64,000 nt of DNA from Rebecca billardiae RCC1528 (lineage: Eukaryota; Protista; Haptophyta), in NCBI GenBank assembly GCA_965240325.2, contig OZ251230.1, positions 620,001 through 684,000 on the forward strand, given 5' to 3'. The position numbers were made by a program, and so were the translations under genes. Positions 33,128 to 43,495 of this stretch are shown in pieces (position 1 is the stretch's first letter; every line of letters begins with the position of its first letter). Under the pieces are notes generated by a model that did not search any database, had not been told where the DNA came from, and was given only the letters and a program-made list of their open reading frames with translations.

Positions 33128-34426
33128 ATGGGCGCGTACGCGTCGACGGCGAACACGACCAAACTGTCGGAGGATGGCGTGGTCGATTCGCTTCCCTACG
33201 GCGCCTCCGAGATGCAGGGCTGGCGCAAGACGATGGAGGACGCGCACATTGCGAGCGCGGTGCCCGCCGAGCCCGCGGACGCTGATCGGCGCGTGTGCGT
33301 CTTCGGCGTGTTCGACGGGCACGGCGGGCGCGAGGTCGCGGAGTTCGTGAAGCGGCACTTCACGCGCACGCTCCCCGAGCTCCCCGCCTGGCCCACCCGC
33401 GACATCAGCACGCTGCTCCACCAGGCCTTCCTGCGGATGGACGAGCTGCTCGTGCAACCGGCGCACCAGCCGGAGCTGCACGAGCTGCGCACGGCGCCGC
33501 CGCCGATGCTGGTGCGCGGGCCGTCGACCGGGGAACACATCGGCGGGGGCGAGCAGGACCCCGTCGTCGAGGACGCCACGCAGATGCTCAAGGCGATGCT
33601 CGCGCTCAAGCGCAGCCAGATGATGGCTGAGGGCGGCGGGCCGCTCGGGCGGACGGGCGCCGCGGCGGCGGCCGCAGCCGCCGAGATGGGCGCGGCCGCT
33701 GCGAGCTCGGGCGCGGACGCGAACGGCGGCGCGCCCGGCACCACCTCGCCCCCGCCCAGCAGCGCCGGCGCCGACGCGGCGCAGCCGCCGCCCTCGCCGC
33801 CCGCGGCGACCGCGCCCGGCGTCGGCGGTGGCGCGCCGCCCGGCCACGTGCTCGGCGGTGCGGACGCGATCGACCCCTCGCGCTGGGTGAACGCGGGCTG
33901 CACGGCGATCGTGGCGTGCGTGTTCGAGAACGCGCTGTACGTCGCGAACGCGGGCGACTCGCGCGGCGTGCTCTGCCGCGGCGGCGAGACCGTCGCCCTC
34001 TCGGTCGACCACAAGCCGACGGATGAGCCGGAGCGGATGCGAATCGTGAGCGCGGGCGGCTGGGTGACAGACGCGGGCCGTGTGAACGGCAACCTCAACC
34101 TCTCGCGCTCGATGGGCGACCTCAAATACAAGGCGGACCGCAGGCTGCCGCCCGAGGCGCAGGTGATCACCGCCGCGCCCGACGTGCGCAAGTTCGAGCT
34201 CGAGGAATCCGACGAGTTCTTCGTGCTCGCGTGCGACGGCGTGTGGGACTGCAAGTCGAACGAGGAGGTGATCAGCTTTGTGCGCACGCGGCTCGCGCAG
34301 AGCCCGCCGCCCAAGCTCTCGGCCATTGCGGAGGCGCTCTTCGACGAGTGCATCAGCAGAGACCCAACCGAGACGGCGGGGATTGGCGGCGACAACATGA
34401 CGTGCATGATCGTCCGGCTGCGCTGA
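33128..34426 (+). CDS. Protein phosphatase 2C (PPM1G/PTC2-3-like)
   Basis: MGAY, EMQGWRKTMEDAH, FGVFDGHGG, GCTA, VANAGDSR, DHKP, RVNGNLNLSRSMGD, ACDGVWD and GGDNMT. Confidence 0.97.
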   Translation: MGAYASTANTTKLSEDGVVDSLPYGASEMQGWRKTMEDAHIASAVPAEPADADRRVCVFGVFDGHGGREVAEFVKRHFTRTLPELPAWPTRDISTLLHQAFLRMDELLVQPAHQPELHELRTAPPPMLVRGPSTGEHIGGGEQDPVVEDATQMLKAMLALKRSQMMAEGGGPLGRTGAAAAAAAAEMGAAAASSGADANGGAPGTTSPPPSSAGADAAQPPPSPPAATAPGVGGGAPPGHVLGGADAIDPSRWVNAGCTAIVACVFENALYVANAGDSRGVLCRGGETVALSVDHKPTDEPERMRIVSAGGWVTDAGRVNGNLNLSRSMGDLKYKADRRLPPEAQVITAAPDVRKFELEESDEFFVLACDGVWDCKSNEEVISFVRTRLAQSPPPKLSAIAEALFDECISRDPTETAGIGGDNMTCMIVRLR

Positions 34427-34906
34427 GCACGATCGCGCGGTGGCGCGTTCGGCCGCGCCCACGAGCCACGGTGCCCGTGGCGACCGGCCGCCGGCGCTGG
34501 CGCGCCGACACGACTCATTTGAGCCGAGGTCGCAAGGTCGTCGCACCTCGGCGCATCCCCCCCTCCCCTGCTCAGACTCAGCGACTGATCTGTCAGATCA
34601 ACTGCTCAATGGCAGCACTCTGCCCCGGCCCACCGTCCCACGATGCCGATGGCCGGCGGGGCAACAACCTCCTCGCGTGAAATGTGAAATGACTCCACTC
34701 TCCACTCTCCAGTCCTATGACGCCTGTGCAGGCACCCGTGCGGCAAAAGTCCGGCGGCGGAATTCTAGCAGGACTGTTCACGAGCTCCGTGCGAGCAAAG
34801 GACCATCAATCGCGCGGCCTTGGAACGGCCGACCGGTGGCCTTTTTGAAATCGCCATCGTGGGCTCGACGCTCGTGTGCGCTCTTGAAGCGCCGACACGG
34901 GCTGCG

Positions 34907-35922
34907 ATGAGCCGCGTGCAGCAGCCCATGCCTTTCTTCAGCACGTCGCCCACTGAGGTGATTGGCGACCTCGTCAACCACATCAACGACTGTGCGTGCC
35001 CGTCGCCGGCGCCAGCAGCACGCGCACCAGCCTGCGCGTGCACGTGTGCCAACGGCTCTTCGCGCGATGGCGCGTGCGCGGTGCGCGAGCGCAGATGCGG
35101 CGGATGCCCTCGAGGACATGGAGCGCCACCTGTGCGCGGAGGGCGTCGCAAACCCGAAGGCCATCAAAGAGGCACGCCGGCCCGCGCGCCCATCCGCTGC
35201 AGCGTGCGCGCGTGCGCGCACGGGCTGAGGCGCGCTGTGTGCCGCTTCCGCCTCGCGCAGGGCCTTGACCAGTTCCAGCTGCGCTTCCAGCGCACCGTGG
35301 ACGCGAAGATGGACAAGCTCGAGGAGTACGCGATGCGTAACATCTTCCACGTCCCCGAAGACCTCTGCGTGCTCGACGCGCCCGAGGACGCCGACGCGGC
35401 GCTCGGCTCGCCCCAGCCGGTGAGCGTTCTGGACGAGGAGCTGCAGGAGCTGGCGGACAACATCGCGCAGGCGGTGGCGGTGCGGAGAGCGCTCGTGGGC
35501 GAGCTGAAGCAGGCGCAGCTGCAGATGGCCGCACACGTGCAGTACGCACCGGCGCTCGCCCCGATCGCGCCGCTCGTGCCAGAGGCTGGTCTCGACGACA
35601 ACAGCGTACGGCTGCGCACGGCGCTGCACACGCTTGAGCGCAACGCCAACGCCCTCGACCAGATCCGCGAGAAGGTCGTGGAACGGCTGGCCCGGGGCGC
35701 GCCGGACGGCGGACGCGACGGTGCGTGCTGCCGCTCGCTCCGCCCAACGTCGCGTGCGCGCCGCGGCCCGCCCCACAGCGGCGCCTCTCACGCACGCTCT
35801 CCCGGCTCGCGCGCGCATGCCGCGGCCCGTGCGCAGCCGAGCTGGTGAGTGCGCCCGCAATAAAGACAGGCGACCTCGAGGACCTCGCCAAGCTGTCGCG
35901 CACCCTGCGCGAGCTGCGGTGA
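34907..35922 (+). CDS. MIS12: Kinetochore protein MIS12; introns 34992-35094, 35172-35260 (GC-AG), 35721-35836
   Basis: The spliced product FFSTSPTEVIGDLVNHINDYAADALEDME..IKEGLDQF..VDAKMDKLEEYAMRNIFHVP matches the Mis12 N-terminal signature and is followed by a coiled coil. Confidence 0.85.
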
Positions 35923-36690
35923 GGCGCGTGCACGACGCAGCCGCCTCGTACCCGACGCGATCGGAGCGCGTCTCGTGAGGCTCTCGCCAGTCGCCTGGTG
36001 GCCTGCGCCGCACGCCGCCGTCCCGCTTCCGCGCGCTGCTGGCTGCGGTGGGCGGGGGACATCGCGGCGCAGCAGAGCTATTTATTCGTCTCGGCATCGT
36101 GCTGACTTGCGCATGGTGCGCGTGACCGTGCTGGTGGATGGTTATGGCGCATCATGGCTCGCGCGCGCGTTGCACTATGCTTTGGCCTTTGCGCGAGCAT
36201 CACGTCTCACGTCTCACGTCGGCACGACGCCCGGACGCCGCCGTCGCGGACACGATGCCACACGTCTCACGTCTGGACCTGCCGACCTGGCCCTGGGCAT
36301 GGGCCTGACTCCGATAACATTGCTGACGGTCGACGGAACAGTAGCCTGATCGATATATATGATGCTGCTGATATCGGATGACGCGCGATGAACCGTACTG
36401 GGCCTGGCCGACCTGCCTCCGCAGTGATGGCCGACGGTGTCGCCGCGTTACCAATAGCTTACCAGCCCGTACTGGTCACCAGGTCCAGGCGTACGGGTAA
36501 CACCAACGTGAACGGGTCTGCCCCCCGGCCCCGATCCCGGATCCGCCAGCGGCCCAGCCGCCAGGCCGTCCGCGTCGGGCCGTCGGCCACTTCGTCACTC
36601 GTAACGAGTGACGGCCACTACGGGCATGGGATGGCTCGCCAGCTCAGGCTGCGGGCGCGGGGTGGAGGACGGGCGCGCGGACCGTCCGTC

Positions 36691-38540
36691 TCAGAGCTTG
36701 AGCTTGCTCTCGCTGCCCACGAGCCTCGTGCCGAGCATCAGCTTGACGTCGACGATCACGCCCGCCGCCTCGGGTCGGTTGCGCATGCCGTCCTCGCCGA
36801 GCTCGGCGTACAGCCGGTCGCGCTCGGCGAAGTCGAAGGTGACGGCGACGATGCCGCAGTTCTCGAGCTTCTGCCCCGAGAGGCGCATCGACATGATCCG
36901 GTTGCGCGCGCGGTAGCGCGGGTGCAGGTGGTGCCGGAAGACCTCCCGGAAGAAGTGCGAGTGGCCGACGAGCGCGATCCTCTCCTCAGACGCAAACTGC
37001 AGCTGGCACAGCAGCTCGTCGATGCGCGTGCGCACCTCGGCCTTCGACTCGGGCGAGTCGTGCCACCACTTGCCCTCGACCTCGGTCGTGTCGAGCGGCG
37101 TCCCCTTGAGCACGTGCTCGGAGAGCGCCGCCTCCGCGCCCTTGAAGAGCGGCGTCGTCGTCTCGCGCAGCCGTCCGCGCACCGCCTTGCCCTTGGCCGC
37201 GCCCGCCGAGTCAAAGCCTCCCAGGTTCTTCTTCTCGCGCAGGTTGGCCATCAGCCGCAGGCGCGCGCCGGAGCGGCGGAGCAGCGGCGCGAGCCCGATC
37301 GCGGTGGTCTGGATCGCGCGCGTCAGCGGCGACGACGCGATGCTCTGCACGTCCACGAGGCCGCGCTCCACGTCGCTCAGCAGCGACGGCGGCGGCGGCG
37401 GCGCGCCCGCGCCGCCGGGCGCGACGCGGCCGCGCCGTCTTGGCGACTCGCCGCGCTCGGCGCGCGCGCCCTCGGCGGCTGCGGCGTGGGCCGCGGCCTT
37501 CGCCGCCGCGCGCACCGCGCCGGGCTCCCCCTGCTTCACCTTCCCCGCCGCCACGATCTCCTCCGCGCGCCGCTGCGCGTCCGCCTCCCACGCCTCGAGC
37601 GCGCTCTGGTCGCGGTGGGCCAGCTCGACCAGACGCGCGAGCTTGCGCTGCAAAGCCTCCGCCTGCTGCTTGCCCGCGTCGTTGAGCGGGTGGTCGGTGT
37701 CCGAGACGAGGGTGATCACGTCGGCGCGCGCCTGCGCGCGGTTCCACACGCTCTCGCCGTGCCGCACGAAGTACACCGTCTTCAGCGCCGCCGGCTCTCG
37801 CGCGAGCCGCACGTGTGCAGACGTGCGCGCCGCCTTGGCGCGCATGATGGTGATGGGCACGGTCGTGTACTCGGCCTCGCTGAGCATGGCGAGGGAGATC
37901 TCGCCGACGCCGAGGTGCGAGGTCGCGCCGAGCGCGTTCTGCTCCACCAGCTCGATGTGCAGGAAGAGCTGCGCGCGCGCGAGCCCCCACGCGCGGCGCG
38001 AGTGCGTGAGGCGCGCCGCGGCCACGAGCGCGCGCTCCGCGCCGCGCGGCGCGGCCGCGCACCTCCCCAGGGCTCTCGGGCAGGTTGAGCCGCCGCGCCG
38101 AGTTCCAGACGGGATCGCGCGTGGAGTACCGCACGGGCCACGTCGATGCGCGCCCGAATTGCACGCTCCGCGTCCGCAGGAACATGCTGCACGCGGGCGC
38201 CGTGCGCGCGCGCGGGCAGTGCGCGTCAGCCTCGAGGTGCGCGGCGCGCTGTCACGCGGGCGGAGGGCGTGACGGGGCGGCGAGAGCGCGAGGGGCGCGC
38301 GGGAGCAGGCGCTGGTACGCACCGCACTTGCGTCGTGGGCTCGAAGCCCGCCTCCGACGAGGGCACATTCCGCACGCGCATCAGCTGCACGATCGGGCCG
38401 AGGCCTTCGAGGCCCGAGCGCTGCCGGTAGATGGTTGTCTTGTACCGCTCGAGGTACTCGACGGACGGGGGCTTGATCGCGGGCGTGGGGATGGCGTCCA
38501 CATCATCCTCAGCCTTCGGCTTCGACGTGGACGCGCCCAT
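36691..38540 (-). CDS. C2-domain plus histidine phosphatase (PGAM superfamily) protein, putative N-myristoylation; introns 38187-38322 and 37969-38062
   Basis: MGASTS start, C2-like STRDPVWN..LHIELVE..HLGVGEISL, then VYFVRHGESVWN, DHPLNDAGKQQA, SSPLTRAIQT, NLRE, LVGHSHFFR and LENCG. Confidence 0.88.
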
Positions 38541-39302
38541 GGTCGCGCAGGCGAGCTGGGCGCGCGGCGGCGGCAAGGAGGCCTGCTCAGTTTACGAGCA
38601 CGCTGCCGCCATAGCGATCAAAATCCGCTGACTGCATCACCTTCGCCAAGCCGTCTGTTGCGGCGGAGCTTCCGACTCAAGTTTCCGGACTCCCGCGAAT
38701 TCCAGAAACTTCCGGCCGATATTGTTTTGCTCGTTGAACCTCGACTTGATGAACAGCACGGCCGACACTCGACAGGGTTGGCGGGTTGCTCAGAGGCGGC
38801 GGAGTTGGCGGCGACTTCGCGGTGGCGCACCGGCGCTAAAAGGCCTACCATAAGGGGCTTCCTGAAGACGCTGAGCGCCAGGCCCAGTAATCCGAGTTAC
38901 AGTATGCAACCATGCTGCTCACGCCGGGGCTCACGGCAGTCTACCGTCTAGTGAGTCGCGGCTCGGCTATCGCGACCGCGCCCGCCGGCGACCGGCAATT
39001 AAACGCATTGCCATTGTAATCAAGCCTATACTAATTCTATGATTTAAAGACACAGGCACGAGGGCGCAGCTCTCCTGATTCGTCTGTCGTGGTACTGGTG
39101 GCACCGAAGCTTGCAGCAGTGGCAGTGGTGTGACTCTGTCACTGTGAGCACAGTTGATGAATGATGCTGTTGATTGTTGCCTGTTGGTCGCCATGGTGGA
39201 TGTTGTTGTCGTCGTCGACGTCGTCAGGCCCGAAGCCCCGACACTCACGCCCGTAGTCACGGCCCGTTGCAGCCAGCTCAGTTAGACTCCGGCATATGCG
39301 GG

Positions 39303-39498
39303 TATATATATATATATAACTAAGTGCAGAATTACTGAAGATTTCTCAGTGATGATCATCAGCATCGGTAGTCTGATCGATGTCTTCGAATGTCAGCCGG
39401 CCAGCCGATCGACGAATACGGAATATAGGACGCGATGCCAGGACGTGTCCGCCGCCGCCTCTTCTTTTCGAAAAAGGGTTAATATAGTTATATATATA
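39303..39498. repeat. (TA)n tracts at 39303-39318 and 39489-39498, 3' of the Sel1 gene
   Basis: Read directly. Confidence 0.8.
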
Positions 39499-39541
39499 GT
39501 GTTAGTTATTCATCAGAGCCAGGTTATATTATTTGATGACG

Positions 39542-41695
39542 CTACACGACAGCGTCAGCAGGCGCGGCTGCGGCTTCCCCGGCTGCTGCCTGTGCCGCGC
39601 ACCACGCGTTGCAGTGGGGCTTGTGCACCTTCCACGAGCTACGCTGGTGCTCACGCGAGCAGAAGGCCGCCACGTAGCACCGCTCACACTTCTTCAGACC
39701 ACGACCCGTGCGCCCGCAGGCGATGCAGCACTTGGAGACCACGTCACGCTCTCCAGCCAATGCGGCAAGTCCATATGGCGCTGCATCTCTGAGGTCGGGA
39801 TCGAGCTCTTGGCCCCTGCGCAGCAGCCGCGCGCCCTCCTTTATGTCACGCTCCGTTCCCGCACCCTGCAGCGCCATAATTCCCAGCGCGACGTGTGCAG
39901 ATGCGCTCCCGCCATCAGCAGCCAGCCGGTACCAGCGCGCAGCCTCGCCCAAATCATGTGCCACACCATGGCCGTGCTGGTAGCACCAGCCCAGATTGTA
40001 CTGCGCTTGCGCATTGCCCTGCTCGGCCGCCAGCCGGTACCAGCGCACCGCCTCGCCCCGATCCTGTGCCACGCCCTGGCCATGCGCGTAGCACAAGCCC
40101 AGACTGTACTGCGCTTGCGCCTCGCCCTGCTCGGCCGCCAGCCGCTTCCAGCGCACAGCCTCGCCCCAGTCCTGCTGCACACCCTGGCCTTGCTGGTAGC
40201 ACCAGCCCAGATTGTACTGCGCTTGCGCATTGCCCTGCTCGGCCGCCAGCCGGTACCAGCGCACAGCCTCACCCCAGTCCTGTGCAACACCCTGGCCATG
40301 CGCATAGCACACGCCCAGATTGGACTGCGCTTGCGCATAGCCCTGCTCGGCCGCCAGCCGGTACCAGCGCACAGCCTCGCCCCAGTCCTGCTGCACACCC
40401 TCGCCTTGCGCGTAGCGCACGCCCAGATTGGACTGCGCTTGCGCAAAGCCCTGCTCGGCTGCCAGCCGGAACAAGCGCACCGCCTCGCCCCAATCCTGCA
40501 CCACACCCTCGCCGTGCTCGTAGCACACGCCCAGATTGCACTGCGCTTGCGCATTGCCCTGCTCGGCCGCCAGCCGGTACCAGCGCACAGCCTCACCCCA
40601 GTCCTGCTGCACACCCTCGCCTTGCGCGTAGCGCACGCCCAGATTGAACTGCGCTTGCGCCTCGCCCTGCTCGGCTGCCAGCCGGAACAAGCGCACCGCC
40701 TCGCCCCAATCCTGCACCACACCCTCGCCGTGCTCGTAGCACACGCCCAGATTGCACTGCGCTTGCGCATTGCCCTGCTCGGCCGCCAGCCGGTACCAGC
40801 GCACCGCCTCGCCCCGATCCTGTGCCACGCCCTGGCCATGCGCGTAGCGCAAGCCCAGACTGTACTGCGCTTGCGCATGGCCCTGCTCGGCCGCCAGCCG
40901 CTTCCAGCGCACAGCCTCGCCCCAGTCCTGCTGCACACCCTCGCCTTGCTGGTAGCACCAGCCCAGATTGTACTGCGCTTGCGCATTGCCCTGCTCGGCG
41001 GCCAGCCGGTACCAGCGCACAGCCTCGCCCCAGTCCTGTGCAGCACCCTGGCCATGCGCGTAGCACACGCCCAGATTGGACTGCGCTTGCGCCTCGCCCT
41101 GCTCGGCCGCCGGCCGGTACCAGCGCACAGCCTCGCCCCAGTCCTGCTGCACACCCTCGCCTTGCGCGTAGCGCACGCCCAGATTGCACTGCGCTTGCGC
41201 ATAGCCCTGCTCGGCCGCCAGCCGGTACCAGCGCACAGCCTCGCCCCAGTCCTGCTGCACACCCTCGCCTTGCGCGTAGCGCACGCCCAGATTGAACTGC
41301 GCTTGCGCAGAGCCCTGCTCGGCTGCCAGCCGGAACAAGCGCACCGCCTCGCCCCAATCCTGCGCCACACCCTCGCCCCGCGCGTAGCACCAGCCCAGAT
41401 TCCACTGCGCTCCAGCATGGCCCTGCTCGGCCGCCAGCCGGTGCCAGCGCGCGGCTGCCTCGAGGTCCACGTGCTGACCAAACGCACCTGTCACGCAGAT
41501 GTCGCCCATTCTCGCCTGCGCGTCGGCAAAGCCGCGCTCAGCGGCGAGGGTGTACAAGCGAAAGGCTTCGCGGGCGTCCTGCGCGATGCCGTCGCCATCC
41601 TCAGCTCGCCGCGCCAGAAGGAAAGTCGCACGCGCGTCGCCGCGCCCCGACTTGCGCCTGAGGAGCCCGACCGCCGCGGAAGCGTTCGCCGCCAT
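39542..41695 (-). CDS. Sel1-like repeat protein (17 SLRs) with C-terminal MYND zinc finger
   Basis: 36-aa units QGxAQAQxNLGxxYxxGxGVxQDWGEAVRWYRLAAE; MYND motif CIAC..CERC..FCSREHQRSSWKVHKPHC; intronless. Confidence 0.96.
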   Translation of the reverse strand: MAANASAAVGLLRRKSGRGDARATFLLARRAEDGDGIAQDAREAFRLYTLAAERGFADAQARMGDICVTGAFGQHVDLEAAARWHRLAAEQGHAGAQWNLGWCYARGEGVAQDWGEAVRLFRLAAEQGSAQAQFNLGVRYAQGEGVQQDWGEAVRWYRLAAEQGYAQAQCNLGVRYAQGEGVQQDWGEAVRWYRPAAEQGEAQAQSNLGVCYAHGQGAAQDWGEAVRWYRLAAEQGNAQAQYNLGWCYQQGEGVQQDWGEAVRWKRLAAEQGHAQAQYSLGLRYAHGQGVAQDRGEAVRWYRLAAEQGNAQAQCNLGVCYEHGEGVVQDWGEAVRLFRLAAEQGEAQAQFNLGVRYAQGEGVQQDWGEAVRWYRLAAEQGNAQAQCNLGVCYEHGEGVVQDWGEAVRLFRLAAEQGFAQAQSNLGVRYAQGEGVQQDWGEAVRWYRLAAEQGYAQAQSNLGVCYAHGQGVAQDWGEAVRWYRLAAEQGNAQAQYNLGWCYQQGQGVQQDWGEAVRWKRLAAEQGEAQAQYSLGLCYAHGQGVAQDRGEAVRWYRLAAEQGNAQAQYNLGWCYQHGHGVAHDLGEAARWYRLAADGGSASAHVALGIMALQGAGTERDIKEGARLLRRGQELDPDLRDAAPYGLAALAGERDVVSKCCIACGRTGRGLKKCERCYVAAFCSREHQRSSWKVHKPHCNAWCAAQAAAGEAAAAPADAVV
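39915..41435. repeat. 108-bp coding tandem array (14 highly similar units)
   Basis: Near-identical CTGCGCTTGCGC...CCCTGCTCGGC.GCCAGCCG units every 108 bp. Confidence 0.95.
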
Positions 41696-41749
41696 GCGGA
41701 ATTGCGGATGGGCGTCCCGCAGCAGTCAGCACGTCTGCACGTGTGAAAA

Positions 41750-43210
41750 ATGACGACGATACGGCGTCGAGTGGCGGCGGCGTGGCTGACCCCGCTCGTG
41801 CTCGTCGCTGCGTGCGCGCCAGTGGTGGCGCCGCTCCCTCTCGGCGCCCAGCTCGATGCAGCTCACCTCGAGCGACATGAGCCCGATCACGGCCCCCGGC
41901 GGCTGGAGCCCTGGAGTGCACATCACGACACGCGCTCGCGCCACGCACACCACGCGCACCACAAGGCCCACGCACGCACGTCCTCGGACGCGGGCTCTGG
42001 GTGCAACCGCACGTCTTGCCTCGCGTGCCTGCGGAAGTGCTGGGCCAAGGCTCCGCCCGGCTCGCTGGCGTACAGCCAGGCCAGCCTCGTCCGAGCCGTG
42101 CGCCACGCGCTCACGCAGCACGCGGGCGCGGGGCGGAACGTGACCGCAGCGGTCAAGCCGAGCCGCTTCTGCTCCACGCCGGCGGAGACGTCCCCGCTGC
42201 TCGAGGCCATCCTCGACGCCGCGCGCACGCGCCCCCTCTACGCGAACATCGGCGCCGTCTGGGGCGTCGGCCTCCTCTCGTGGACCAAGGGGCTGTGGAT
42301 GGCCTGGTACGCCTGTCCGCGCTCACTGACCAACCCCGGCCGCTGCTTCAGCGCGTCGGCGGAGCCTGGGCACGGGCAGATCCTGGCGCAGTGCGCGGCG
42401 TGGGCGGGCAAGTGCGCCTACGACGACCGCACGCTCCAGAGCCGCGGGGCGCTCACCGGCGGCGAGTGCAGGCGCGTGCCGCCGAAGCCAGCCGCGCGCG
42501 CGCGCGGCCGCCGGCTGCGCGAGCCAGGCCAGAGCGGACGCGACGAGGTGCCCGGCCGCGCGCCCTCGCCTCCGCGTGCGCGGCGGCGGCGGCGGCGGCT
42601 GGGCCTGTCCGCGGCGCTGCAGGGCCTGTCCGCGGCGTTCCACACGTCGAAGGCGAGCGCGGCGCAGCGCGCCTCCCTCCCCGAGGCAGCGAGGGCGGAC
42701 GCGGACGCGTGGCTGCGGCACCGGCCGTGGCAGTGCGCGGCCATGCGCGCCTCCTTCCCCGGCCTGGTGCCCGGGGGCTTCGTCGCCGAGCAGGCGTCGG
42801 CGGAGGCGCTCGCGCGGCGCAACCAGCCGAGCTGGGTGGTGTACGCGCAGCGCATGACCGGCCGCCCGACCATCGCGCACGTGGGCGCCGCGCAGCCGCT
42901 CGCGTACAGCTTCCGCTCGCCGCTCGACCAGGCGCGGCCGAGCGCGCGGCCGCAGCCCGAGGTGCTGCGACTGAACGTGAGCGCGTACGCGCTCGTCGAT
43001 CTCGCGAGCGACCGCGCGTGCTGGCACGAGCGGTGCAAGTCGTGCAGCGCGTGCCGCACGCGTGCCGGCGGGACGGCGCTCCTCTCGCGCGCGTGCGAGG
43101 TGAACGCGCCGCCCGAGGACTGGACGTCGTGTCCGCCCGGTGGGTCAGAGACGAGCGCCGCCCGGCGCTGCCTCCGGGAGGGCGTCAGGCGACGGGCCGG
43201 TCGCTGGTAA
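41750..43210 (+). CDS. Secreted Cys-rich hypothetical protein
   Basis: Signal peptide (AAAWLTPLVLVAACA), His-rich patch, many Cys; no family recognised. Confidence 0.65.
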   Translation: MTTIRRRVAAAWLTPLVLVAACAPVVAPLPLGAQLDAAHLERHEPDHGPRRLEPWSAHHDTRSRHAHHAHHKAHARTSSDAGSGCNRTSCLACLRKCWAKAPPGSLAYSQASLVRAVRHALTQHAGAGRNVTAAVKPSRFCSTPAETSPLLEAILDAARTRPLYANIGAVWGVGLLSWTKGLWMAWYACPRSLTNPGRCFSASAEPGHGQILAQCAAWAGKCAYDDRTLQSRGALTGGECRRVPPKPAARARGRRLREPGQSGRDEVPGRAPSPPRARRRRRRLGLSAALQGLSAAFHTSKASAAQRASLPEAARADADAWLRHRPWQCAAMRASFPGLVPGGFVAEQASAEALARRNQPSWVVYAQRMTGRPTIAHVGAAQPLAYSFRSPLDQARPSARPQPEVLRLNVSAYALVDLASDRACWHERCKSCSACRTRAGGTALLSRACEVNAPPEDWTSCPPGGSETSAARRCLREGVRRRAGRW

Positions 43211-43495
43211 CGGGCACGGGCACGGCGGAGTCGTAGTCGTGCTGCACCTCTCAGTAGGCATCAGTCAGCGCAGCGACGGGCCGGCGCCGGCCGCCGGGGC
43301 TGTGGATGCGCCGATGTCAATCACTCAATGTCAGCGCGGGAAGAAGTGCAGCTCCGAGCTCGGGCTCTACAGTCTGGGTAGCAGCACGGCCCCTGCTAGC
43401 GCACTGGAGCACGGCCCCGGCCGGACTCTTGGCGGCAAGCGCACGTTTGATTTCTTGACAGTGGCGGCCGCCGGCTGCGGGCGGCATCGCCCGGC

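Noticed and set aside
39533-41746. 737-aa plus-strand ORF
   Set aside because: Antisense shadow of the Sel1-MYND gene.
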